Both the position numbers and the translations under genes were made by a program. Below the pieces are notes generated by a model that did no database searches, was not told the DNA's origin, and was given only the letters and a program-made list of their open reading frames with translations. Source: Spongospora subterranea f. sp. subterranea (taxonomy: Eukaryota). From it: a DNA stretch of 57,712 bases. Positions 1 through 12,262 of the stretch are shown one piece after another (position 1 is the first letter of the stretch; each line of letters begins with the position of its first letter). The stretch covers positions 1 to 57,712 of the forward strand of contig JAUGWO010000022.1 of the NCBI GenBank assembly GCA_049724395.1, given 5' to 3'.

Positions 1-81
1 CTGCGCTCGTTGTACACTGAACAATCCCCTTTTTTTTACTGAAAATGATCTATTTTTGGCTGAAATATTGGCATTTGAAAA

Positions 82-685
82 TTGAGAATTTTGACATTGG
101 CTTTTGGAATCCCGGTCCCACGAAACTACATCTCCAATCCTCCCGTTCGACATCTCCAAGAAAGGTCGATGCCAGGACTTCGCAATTTGACCGATGATGA
201 GCGTCAAAATATTTACGAGGCAATTTTATCTAAGTCGAGGAACGGGGAACCTGTAAAGGGTGCTTTCACTGAGATTGCTCCTCAGTTTGGAGTCCATCCC
301 CTTACCGGCAGCAGAATATGGCATGCTGGGCAAAACTCCATTGCCGATGGGTCGATCGGTGCTAATGTTTCGTCGAAACGAAAGGCAGATGCGGAAAAAA
401 AGCGACGGAAATTGATCATGTCAAAATTCAAGCTATTCCTTTATCCCGGAGGGGTACCATAAGAACCTTGCTGCTGCTATTGATGTGCCGAAAAGCAGGC
501 TGCATAGAAAATTTAAGCAAGGGCAACTGAGAAGACATTCCAGCGCGATTAAGCCATTGCTGACAGAACCGAACAATTTGCAGAGAATCGCTTTCGCATT
601 GTCAATGATCAATCCAGACACAAATCCCCCGAAATATCAAGACATGTTTGACTATGTTCATGTAAATGAAAAATGGAGACACTAG
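82..685 (+). mobile_element. Tc1/mariner (DD39D-like) transposase, frameshifted N-terminal fragment
   Basis: LTDDERQNIYE HTH region, HSSAIKPLLTEPN and DMFDYVHVNEKW match the mariner at 17389-18444. Confidence 0.75.
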
Positions 686-879
686 GTATGTAAAGGAATG
701 CGTTTTATACGTTTTCAATAAACCTAACAATTAAAATGGGACAAGGTCAGACCACGGAAACTAACAAATATTGCGGGACACCACGTGGGTGATAACACCC
801 ACGGACTAACACCCAAATCCGACCACTTTAAAAGAACGACACATACACGTATCGTGAATTCGACAGTTTGAAACATGAT

Positions 880-2100
880 CAAATGTGACAAAGTGGCCCA
901 TCAATGCAGTCATAGAGAATTGTCGCTTGTGTGATCTTAGAACCGACAATTAGCCAACTGCACAGGCCACAAATCTGTCTTGAGAAAAGGGTCGGATGCA
1001 AACATAGCAAAACATGCTGAAAATATCCGGTAAAATTGACAATCGCATTGTCATCAACTTTAACTGTTGTCATTTTGAGGGTTGATGGCGCCATCAGTCT
1101 TGCACTTCATCACGTGGCCTTGGGCATATGAGCCTCGACCACTTTCAAGAAATATCGGCTGACGACAACACATCGAATTGTTCTTCGGCATTTTCATACA
1201 GGAACAGCGCTTGAGCCACAGTTATGCAATGACATGGTTGATCAAGTAGGGTTTTACATAACCTGATATCGCTTGATGTAGGATAAGGTGGTGCTACTTC
1301 CTCCAAATATGAACAAAAAGAGTATCTCGAATCCACAGAATCATGATATGGTCACGATTCGACTTCTAAAATCAATGTTTCTTTAGGTTGAACGTCCTCT
1401 TACAATTCAATACATATGTGTGTATTGAACTCGACCAGTATGCTGGATACGTTGAAGTTCCCGCGTTCGTCAAATGAGGAACTGCCACCATTGAGTACGT
1501 CGCGGTCGGAACTTTGCGAGTACACTAGTCAAATCTTTGTCCAGACCAACATTGTGAATTTTATGAGCACATTTCCGACCTTATACCGCCATCTATCGTA
1601 TGCTAATCCACATGATCCCTGACCTATTAATCAGCTTGCAGCTTGCAATATCATCACTTTGATCGGCAATTTGGTGGCTTTTTCGCGGTGCTTCCGAGGC
1701 TCGTATTGTTGTTGGAGTGAATCTGCGAAGTGTCTCAGATTTGCATGAGTGTGGGAAATCCTGTTCATAAACACCCATTGAACTGGATCACTCTACCGAT
1801 ATTTCAATGTAAACGGTGCATATTTCCGAATCCAGGTCTTTTGGAAGTATTTTAAGGATGTGATTATGCTAGTATCTGCAAGGACATGGGATTATGGCAA
1901 CAGACACCTGATGTACGCGAAATCAATGCATTCATAGTGTATTATGAAAAACAAATTTGACGCATCATTTCATAGGTTTATGGGCAATGTCGATGTGAAA
2001 AAGTGACTTGAATTCCTGTGGATCGTTTGCCTCCAATGGAAGGAATATCCAAACACAGACGCTGATTAACAAACATTATGCAAAAGAGTAAGACAACTCG
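880..2100 (-). mobile_element. highly degenerate DNA transposon, possibly MULE-like
   Basis: Minus-strand remnant LKYFQKTWI near 1840 resembles the MULE YF..TW motif; many stops. Confidence 0.25.
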
Positions 2101-3456
2101 CTTAATGCCCAATTAATCACTGACACATTGACTGCAGCTGATAACAGTTAACCCATGGCGCGTGGGAGAGTTGTTGCCACTTAACACCACCAGGGCCCAA
2201 CACATATCGACGGTTTGTTGGTGACATCGGTTGCGGATTGACCTCCCTTTAAATGCAAACGGGTTCTATGGTCAAGCAAATGCGTTCAATGGAAATCTTC
2301 GACATGGAAAAAGGACAAGGGTTATGGCTGGTGAGTGAGGTCGTCCCCAGGCAAAATGCGGCCGACTCGTGTGCGCAGCCACATGAAAGCCAAGCGTGCC
2401 ATCGCCTGAGCGCGATAGTATTGGGTCGAGCAAAAACCTTTTAAAAATCGGCACAGCACCTGTGAATGCCGGGTTTAACCATGAAAAACATGCAAGAATA
2501 GCCTGCTAGAGTGCAGTTGGTTGCAAGAAGCTAAACACCTACTGTACGTTCTCAACAGTGATTCGGGAGAAACCGATCACGTTGCGAATTCGGCGAAATC
2601 AACGGCGCAGAAGCAAACAGCCCATTTTTGGCAGTGGTTCGCGTCATGATCGACAAATATTTTGATAAAGGCGACTTAGCCAGACAATTGCTAAAGAACC
2701 CCTGGAAAGCACTCTATGAATTGCGTGTCATTTCGAACGCTGCCGAGAAGGCAGAGATCATTGTCGATAGGATTCCTGGGTGTCGCTTACACTTTCTCTC
2801 GTAACTGGAAAATTAACAATCAGGACACGGTCAAAACAACACAATAAAATTGTCGAAAATGAACCAATTCATACCGGTTTTCTCCAGTTCTGATCAACAT
2901 GCCAGACACATAAATAATGCGGTTTAATTGGAAGGAAACACATTCTATGCTTCTACTGCGGGTGACACCCGCTGGCATTCAACACCTAAAACTGGCGTTC
3001 TTTTATTCGTTAATTCGGATTACGTGCATTGCATTTACAACCTGCGCCAGGTTCTTCAGGAGTTTTCAAGTGGCAATTACGCGTTTTTTGAGTTCCAAAA
3101 CGCTTTCCGCATTGGTCGAATCTGCACTCTAACGAAATAGAATCGTCATCCGAATTCATCTCAACACTTCCTCAGCACACCGTTATGGTTAACTACAGTC
3201 ACGGCCCGCCATTCCGCAATAATTATTGCTGGACCACTCCAACAATAATCCGACACAGTGACTGATGCATCTGATCACTGATCAACTCCCATCCCCAGTC
3301 GACGGACAGTTTGTGCGCACACGGACGGAGTCCGCTGCTAGGGTTGGACGTCATCAATGGTCGACGCGCTGATTAGGTATAGTCAAATCGAGGTTTGCTA
3401 GAATATTTGGACAACTCTTGCGCTAAAAATCGATGATTTTCGGGCGACCATCTAAA

Positions 3457-5511
3457 ATGCTTGTTATGATGATGATCATCATCATCATCAATATAGTCCG
3501 GGCTGACGTAATCGACAAGTAAGGCGTGCATGACATTGGTGTCAAACAACTTGCTGATGAAATTAGGTACAAACCGTTGCCGGGAATGGTTCGAAGTTCC
3601 GGGGCGCCTTCGAGCGAAAATGATTTCTTCACAAAGTACTACCGAAACACTAAATGCACTATTTGGTCAATGCTGATGACAAACTGTAGAGTTAAATTAA
3701 TCGGAGACTTGTTGAAGGAACGACCTGTTAATGTAATAATTTTAACGAAAAGGTACTTGTGAGATTCAGAATTTGGAGCATATTGTGATGCCGTTGATTT
3801 TTAGCGTGAAAGAGGTAAGACGCGATGTCGAGAGTTTGCCCCTTAGTGAAGTCCGTCTCCACCAAAGGTATCGGAAACGCTTTCCTGGAATAAATTTGTT
3901 CAGTGATGTGACGTTTGTTTATTTAGCGTCAAGGACATTGAGGAAATAATCAAAGACCTCAAGAGGTATTTGCGTAAAATTTATTTTTGCCAATATTTTG
4001 ACGACTTCAAAATAGCGTCGATGAATTCAATGACCACCAAAGGTATTTGGGAAGGTTTTTTCAAAGTTCAGGTTTGCAGTATATTGACGACTTAAATTAG
4101 CGTCAAGGACATCAAGAAAACGCTTAACGACCACAAACAGTCTTCGGGAAGATTGGTGATCTCGAAAAGTAGCGTCATCAAAATCGAGGGAATTCCCAAC
4201 GACCGCCAAAGGTATTCGAACGGCTTTCTTACTGTTTTTTCTCTTCAGTATATTGACGAATTAAAAACAGCGTTAATGAAATCGATAAAAAAGAGCTGGC
4301 GAAACGGTAATCAATCAACCGTTAATTCCTTTGTTTCCCAATCGTATGTTGATGATTATTGTCTACGTTAGCCTTGAAAATATCAAAGACGCGATGATGA
4401 ATCGGATCCTTCGTGTGGCGGTTCACACTAAGAGGTATTCCCACAAACTTCCCAAAATTGGTTGTGCTCCCTCAAACGTGGGACTATGTGTTCTTCAGCG
4501 TTGAAAGAGTAAAGTTAATGCTGCAAACAATTGACCGGAAACTTCTCAATTTTCAAGATTGTTATGGGGCAACGGTTCTTCATTGGGCAATGCTGAGAGC
4601 ATCGTTAGTGGACGGTCCCGTCAAAATGTTCAATATTACTGATCGTGTTGGCAGAACATGCATGGTTGCCATCGCTAGTGGGGCCGATGTCAACAAACTA
4701 ATCCTGCTCCCTAAACTCCGTGAGAGGCTAGCGACATCATATTGGCGCTAACGAAATACTTTTGGATACGGTATCGGATACCTTACAAAGTGGGAAATTT
4801 ACTGTATTTTACAATGCGTAGCTGTCCACGGAGTTTAGGGTTTGGGGGGTACAGAGCTCCGAGGAATACGGTAGATAAGGAAGGCCGTTCTGCTCTCCCA
4901 TTGGGCTGTATACGGAATGTCAGAAAACCCGGTCCATCCCTTGTCCCTCATCTCCTCATCACTGTGATATTCCCCTCAGACCAATCATTATTCCTCTACT
5001 CAACAATCATCTCTGTTCCCTGAATCGGGCGCCTTTCCAATTTCAGTTGTTTTTTGTGAATCTTCTATGGTCAGATATTCTGTTCATACTGATTCGTCGT
5101 ATTTGTTCCAATTGTTTCTTGTAGCGGTGTTACGATCCGTAACAATGTCATTAATCATCAAGATAACAATGGTCGAACTCCTCTTCATTATGCAGCGTAT
5201 CAGGGCAGGTCGGAAGTTTCTTTCCAACCAACGACGTTGACTGACCCTCTTCCAGTGTGAGGGTTGTGAAGCAGTTATGTATCGCTCACGCCGATGTCAA
5301 CGCTCTCGATCGAAATGGCGCACCACTTAGTGTGGCAGGTCGCTGGGTTGAGACTCTGAAACTAAACCCAACGACGACTGACGTCAACAAAAAGCGACAG
5401 AACTACCCGTATCGCGCCGCATATGAGATGGTAGTAAGGACATTGCTTGAATATAATGCAAAGAGAACCCGCATCAACAAAGGATGCGTTGTTGAAGTTC
5501 TCAAGATATGA
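3457..5511 (+). pseudogene. secreted ankyrin-repeat protein gene with micro-exon array; ankyrin part disrupted
   Basis: Signal peptide MLVMMMIIIIINIVRA. Exons 3457-3518, 3567-3635, 3690-3752, 3805-3867, 3927-3965, 4016-4042, 4101-4211, 4271-4306, 4372-4434 and 4499- splice in frame via GT-AG introns. Ankyrin motifs QDCYGATVLHWA, DKEGRSAL, QDNNGRTPLHYAA and ADVNALDRNG follow, with frameshifts and an insertion. Confidence 0.75.
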
Positions 5512-6669
5512 TAAACTTTTAATCGCGGTATCTAAAGTGTCAGCCTAGCTCAGCAATACATCGACATCAAAACAAGATGGAGATTTGAATGTTGAACACC
5601 AATACTATTACTGGTGGAGGTGTTAAGAGCAGCTATAATGTTCCAATGAATGAATACCGACTTTGTCTTGGGATTGTCTTGATTGAAGTCAGAGACCCGA
5701 GACGTTGTCTCAACATGTAAACCCAGAATCCTGAGGACATGAAAACGGAAATGCTGCCGAAACTGTTGATCGACGCTGTATTAGTTTGACATAACGGTTC
5801 CTGGATTGATAATCAAGGTCTGAAATAGCATTCAGTTGTTGTTTTTAGTTAGATTAAGGTCCCTTTCTTACCTCAAAAAGGGTGTCAGGCAGAGGTTGTC
5901 GACGAAGAAAGTGACATCTTACAAGAGCGATCAGGTATTTCCATATTGACTCTTTTTCGTTTTGAGTTGAATTTTCAGAAGATCAAGTTGGGCCATTTTG
6001 TCTTTTGGATTTCGGTCCAGCACAGCTTCTGAATGAGGTCCAAACGGTCTTACAGATCGAAACGTTCCGTTTTCGATGTGGTGAAGGAAGAACTCGCCGA
6101 GACGATTTGGCGTTTAAGAATGATCGATACGACGAGCATGGAAGCGACTCCTGTTTGCGATCCCAATTGTCTGAATGATTGTCAGTTTTTGTTTCCTGAA
6201 ATGGAAATTGGAAATTTCGTTCTCTAATTTACACCTCACGCAATGGCAATGGATCTGTTCCTGATGAAGTTATTCATCTTCACAGTTTCGGGACCGTTAG
6301 TTTGTGCGTATTCTCGTTGGATTGTTGGTTATCAAAATGTTGATCCATATTTTTTTCGCGCTCAGACCACTGCATCTGTCCTTGACGAGACTCATACAAT
6401 GGGTTGAAGATTATAGTTTACAAGATATGTATGATGAATAAAACAATTTTTAAAAAGTTGCGTTGGCCTGACATTGAACATGATATCGTTGACCAGAAAA
6501 TTCGAAATCTTTGGTCCATTGAGTCATGGACAGCAGAGGTGGTATGGCTCTTCCGATAGCCTGAAGATGAACACCTTTTGGAGCAACGGCACATTGCTTT
6601 TGCAAGAGTCGGGCGACAGTGGCCCAATTTTGTGCAAAGTACAAAAGCAAAGTGATGTTCTGGTACAAG

Positions 6670-8168
6670 GAGAAGGACACTAAAATAGTGCCACCTGTAA
6701 TTTGATTCCTAAAATTCACGAAAACGCCAATCGGAATTCGTCCTACCATTCTAAGTCACAGCTGGTATACAACCTGTGCTGCAAAATATCTGCATCGCAA
6801 GCTATATACGATCCTAAAACAATACAAATGGGTCATAACGGATAGACTAGAACTTATTCAAGAGATGGAACAAAAAGAGTTTGACTGGTCGACAGTGAAA
6901 CTGGCTATCATTGATACAATATAGGTCGATTGATTTAGAGAGAGGACTTAATATTGTCACAGATTTTTTGAAAAACTGGGTCGAAGATTTCCCAATTCCA
7001 TTCTATATAAATTTAATGCGCTGGGTGTTAACAACTATTTCAACTCAAAGGAAACTGGTACCAGCAAATGTGAGGAGCGGAAATGGAAAGCATCGCCTCT
7101 GGAATATTCGCTGATCTAGTCTTGATAGCTTTGAAGAAACACATTTTTCCCAAGGTACCAAAAGAACATAAGGCATTTTTATACAGACACTTATCGCGAT
7201 GATATTCTTATCGTTGTAGATTCTCTGAAAAGTGCTAACGCCATTACAGACCACCTGGATTGGGCTAACATGTTAACGTCCAACATGGAACAGTTTGGTG
7301 ATAAAGTAAACTGTTTGGATATCACCATATCTCTAGGCAAAAAGTTCAGCATCAACCGACAGTTGGATATCAAACCATTCAGGAAATCAACTGCGAATAA
7401 CTTATTCACACAGAACGCGACGTATAAACCATAGATTACTGAAACCTAGTTGGATCACTGGAGAACAAATACGTATGGCTGAGAGTTTGTCAAACTGAAT
7501 AAATTTTTCGGCCAACAATGCTTGAATTTCAGCAGAGTCTTTTGAAATCTGGTTACCCTAAAAAGTAATCAGGTCACAAAGCAGATACAAATTGCCGATC
7601 GCAATTGGTTGATCAAAAAGACTGAAATAATAGACCATGTCTGGTACTCACTTGATGACTCAAGAATGGCCCATGAGAAATAGAATTTCAATCAGAATAA
7701 CTTTGAACCGTTATTGTTCAATTAACAGCCAAAAATGCAGCACCACAATGGATGCTTTGAATGTTGCAGCAAAGAGTATGCTGAGAGCATCGTCGGACGA
7801 GTCCGACACAGCGGCCAAACAACTGGATCTAGCGAATAGCAGAGAAAAGCGCTACCTTTCAAAGTTGAAGAAGAGTAAACACGACGAATGCTGAAGGAGA
7901 TCATCCCAATCGACGCATCGTCGTTCAAATCGACTTGACACTGGTGATACCGCACAAAAAAAACCAGGATCAACGTCAGGTTCAACTCGCCATACCTCCA
8001 AGCGGGGGCGCTTAACAATCGTTGAGACAGCTGCTTGCGAGAAGATACCTCAGAGAAGTCGAATTCACATGCTTCCAGTAGGGCCCCTTCCAAGCGATCT
8101 CCACCGCGTAAGAAGAGGGCGACCAACGCGGCGCCCTCATAAGCCGAATGGCGAGACCAGGTCGTGCC
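6670..8168 (+). mobile_element. degenerate, 5'-truncated Penelope-like retroelement copy
   Basis: Diverged copy of the reverse complement of ~52270-53790 (KIVPP..KIHxTPIGIRP, SIDLERGL, MDALNVAAKSML); ends at a hammerhead remnant. Confidence 0.85.
8130..8168 (+). ncRNA. degenerate type I hammerhead ribozyme
   Basis: ggcgc-c-ctcataa-gccgaatggc-gaga-ccagg-tc-gtgcc: stems I and II intact, core CUGAUGA and GAAA mutated. Confidence 0.6.
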
Positions 8169-8299
8169 GAAGAAACTCGCGCCGGACTCTTCACCATGTT
8201 TGCCAATCCCACTGTAGATTAGGTTGTCCGCTGGGCCAACGAACATGTTCGTTCACACCTTCCATCTTAATCTCTGGTTTCTAAGCCAGAGATGTACAA

Positions 8300-9100
8300 T
8301 ATTTTGGCGGTCATGCTATTCTCAAATTGCACCGGTTGGGATATTGCCACGTCCCTGGATGTACTTGCAGAATGATGAAAACAGTAAAAGTCTAATACCT
8401 CCGGACAGATGTCGAATGATATCGCAAAATGTCATGGCCTACTCTGTGGCGAACCGTGTAAGCTCAGGCAATTCCAGTTGGAACGCCGCTCAAGACGAAA
8501 CCGTTCATCTCGGAGAGTTCGACAAATCATTGTTCCGGTATTCGAATGAAGTGTTTCTCGCAAACATGTTCCAAACAGTTACTTTGGATGATGACCTTAT
8601 CGGGACAAATTAGGTCAAAATGCTTAGAAGCCACAAGGCTGACAAAGAAGCCCATTCAGCTGACGTGCTAGCGGACGCTCTATCTGGACAGCGTTGGGAT
8701 TAAGTTTCGGCGACGAGGAGTCACAAAGGACAGTAATGTGCAAGAGATGCTAAAAACTCATCTTTCAGTTAAGAGGAATTTGTCTGCAGATGGCCAGAAG
8801 CTCAGGTAGCAATGTCAAGATATACGGTAGATCAGTGTTGAGACCCATCTTACGTATTGGCTCCAAATCACCAACCATTTTACCTCCAAAGCATCAGAAA
8901 AGTGGTGAGCATTATGTGGCAACAATAATGTTGGATACAGAGGTCGTAGAACGACAAATATCTGCCGATACTGTCCGGTGCCGATGTGTACTCGGTTGCC
9001 CGGGAACCATCGTAAGTCGTGCGTCGAAAATTTACCGTAATTTATTATCAAGATTAACAGATCGCTGAATATCAATAAAACCAGCGTGATGTCTTTGAAA
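8300..9100 (+). mobile_element. degenerate DNA transposon remnant (possibly piggyBac-like)
   Basis: VTLDDDLIG acidic motif followed by broken frames; family assignment weak. Confidence 0.25.
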
Positions 9101-9384
9101 ATGTTTTGAACAGGTGTTTTTGCGCTTAGATTCGTAAATCAAACTTCGATACTTGAGATAGTCAGCTTTTCTCATTCAAATCAACGTTGGAATTGTTGAA
9201 AAGACGTGCAATGCATCATTTTCCGTTTGCCTGAATTCCAGATGGGTTTTCTCTTGCTGTAGTTGAAATATTGGGCTATAATTTGGTGCAATACGTAGAT
9301 ATTCGGGATTTTTACAATATTTCGAAAAAAAAACTGACGAACTCGGTCTTTACGATAATCGAAGGATACGGTCAGATGTGACGA

Positions 9385-9752
9385 CTATTGCGCACTGCGA
9401 GAATGAGTTTTGTTCCCGTCCATCCTGATAGGGCTGTACCGTTCTCCACCATGAATAGTGGTATTCCGCGAATAAAGACTTGACAAGCAGCTACCGGACC
9501 GTGTTGTACACTGGTACTTCAGTGAGTAAAAATATTGCGCACTGCGAATGACTGGTACCTCTTCAGACATTATGACAAGCAGCTACCGGACCGTGTTGTA
9601 CACTGGTACTTCAGTGAGTAAAAATATTGCGCACTGCGAGAATGACTGGTACCTCTTCAGACATTATGACAAGCAGCTACAGGACCGTATCGTACACTAC
9701 TATCCCAACCTACTACAGTGAGTAGAATATTGCGCACTGCGAGAATGACTGG
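9385..9752. repeat. ~93-bp tandem repeat, about 3 copies plus a partial
   Basis: Repeated tgacaagcagctaccggaccgtgttgtacactggtacttcagtgagtaaaaatattgcgcactgcgagaatgactgg. Confidence 0.9.
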
Positions 9753-9999
9753 ATCCTGACCCTTACCGCCGGCAGAGACGACTGTATTCGTGATTGGAGA
9801 AACACCGGGGCTCAGTCGGACCGAATCTGTAAATAGCCCCTATGGCATCGACCCGACTGATGAACGGTTAATTCCGTATTATTGCGCTCGACAGCCCACT
9901 CAGTTTGGTAGCGCCGCGTAGATCATCGTCATCACTCGCCAGGCGTTCCAGTCACTTCATTTATATATTACGCCGTTTACCACAACTTGTTGATTGATC

Positions 10000-11576
10000 A
10001 TGCCATCGCCTACTGTTGACATGGTCGGCCTATTCCTCCCCTGTACTTGGCTCTGGCTGACCCTGCTGTGTAGTCTTGCGCCCCCCGTAAGAAGGTGAAC
10101 AAGGTCGTCCTTGCATATTCTGGTGGTCTCGACACCTCGGTCATCGTTCCATGGCTTCGGTAAATCTTCTTTCCACATCATTTCACCGCCTAAATATTTT
10201 CGTTTGCAGTGAAAACTACGGCTGTGAGGTCGTTTGCATGACGGCCGATGTCGGTCAGGGTGTTGAAGAGCTCTCCGGTCTTGAAGCCAAGGCTAAGGCT
10301 AGCGGCGCCAGCGCTCTCTACGTCAAGGATCTCCGAGAGGAATTTGTCAGGGACTATGTCTTCCCATGTCTTCGAGCCGGCGCCATCTATGAACGCAAGT
10401 ACCTTCTTGGAACGTCTATGGCGCGCCCGCTTATCGCAAAAGTAGGTTTTGCCCTGGCAACATCATTCTCGTTACCGTCCGTTTGAAATAATTGTATTTT
10501 CCGAAATCATTCTGTTTTTTACGTTCCATCTTTATTTATTTGCGTTTCAGGCCATGGTTAAACTGGCAAAGGAAGTTGGTGCCGATGCCGTCGCTCATGG
10601 TTGTACCGGAAAGGGAAATGACCAGGTTCGTTTTGCGAACGACTTATTGTGATATGAATTGTGCTCTGATACTCGAGAATTAGGTGCGATTCGAGTTGAC
10701 ATTCTTCGCGCTGGATCCGAGTCTGACGGTTATTGCTCCCTGGCGTGAATGGGACATCACGGGCCGTGAAGACGCCCTGGAGTATGCGGCCGCCCACAAT
10801 GTGCCGGTTGTGGCCAGCAAGAAGTCCATCTATAGCCGTGATCGGAATCTGTTCCATCTGAGTCACGAAGGCGATATCCTTGAGGATCCCGGTTGCGAGG
10901 CCAAGGAAGACATGTACCAGATGTCGGTCGAACCCAGACTCGCTCCGGACACCGAAGAGTAAGCTTTGGTCATTTCCCCACCAAACTGGCAGAATCTGAC
11001 CGTTGTCTAAGGTATATTGATATTGCATTCGAAGAGGGGGTTCCCGTTTCAGTTAACGACGAGCGCTTGTCTCCAGCGGATTTGTTGGACCGATTGAACA
11101 CAATGGGAGGGCGTCATGGTGTTGGTCGGATTGACATGGTCGAGAACCGTGTGGTTGGAATCAAGAGCCGAGGTGTGTATGAGACTCCTGGAGGAACGAT
11201 CCTGCACATCGCCGCCCGTGAGATCGAATCTCTAACGCTGGACAAGCGCATGATGAAGATGAAAGACGCCCTGGCACTAGAATACGCCGATTTGGTCTAT
11301 TCCGGGTTCTGGTTCGATCAGGCTCGTGAATCCCTTGACGCCTATATGCAAGTCGCCGCTAAAACCATGACCGGTGTCACCCGTGTCAAGCTGTTCAAGG
11401 GCTCAATCGTCGTCGTCAGCCGTCGAAGCCCTCACAGTCTCTACGATATCGATATCTCGTCATTCGAACAAGGTAGCGGCACATACAATCAAGCCGATGC
11501 CGGCGGATTCATCAGGTTGTTTGGTCTTCCAATGCTGGTCAAGGCTATGAAGTCTGTGGCTCGTGACGCCGCATAA
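10000..11576 (+). CDS. ASS1: argininosuccinate synthase (6 exons)
   Basis: Exons 10000-10023, 10074-10159, 10210-10441, 10551-10625, 10684-10958 and 11012-11576 with GT-AG introns. Motifs [51 protein letters not shown]. Confidence 0.97.
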
Positions 11577-12262
11577 ACTCTTCATTATCTTTACAAAAAC
11601 ACTATCTCATAAATCCATCCTTCCTACAAAACTTGGCCGGGGCCCCAGTTTCGCCGCCAATTTAGATCTTGTTCTGACGTCGCATTGATTCTCATGTCAA
11701 ATCTCAAAACTGTCAATAAACCCAAGGTGGAGATGGTGCACACACCAACAGCGTTCTTTGACTATACATGAGTTCTTACAATGCCCAGGTGTGAATGTTC
11801 TTAATCCACCTGGCTAAACATGACAGATTTCCGGGATGTCAACTGCTTTGAATCTCAAACACCACAAAACAGATCAAAATAATGTTCAATACGAACTGAT
11901 GGACATATAAGATATAAACAGGAACACGCCTCTGTCTTTGTCTGAACTCAATTCACCGTTCAATAGTAAAAGGATTTGAGACATTTCTGAGGAATTGTTG
12001 AACGGGGAGTTATATCTGGGTGGTAATAACGGGTCTGGTGGGTGTCACCTGTAGTGCAGCACCAGACTAACCGAATATCAACAATTGATTGCAATACTGA
12101 CCGATCCACCTCGGTCTGTTTCGTGGTCATCCTGGAACAGATCCCGTACGATTATTCAGATTTAAGTTTTGAGGCGAAACACAGCCCGACACCGTCAATC
12201 CGTTTCTGCTAAACTGGATCGTTGATGATTTATGGGCATTTGTGGGATAGTGTCGCCACAAG

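Noticed and set aside
9385..9752. CRISPR-like array
   Set aside because: Whole units repeat with no unique spacers; eukaryotic context with no cas genes
9795..9880. Possible hammerhead (CTGATGA-acgg-ttaatt-ccgt, with an upstream GAAAC)
   Set aside because: No GAAA after the stem and no NUH triplet in register with stem I
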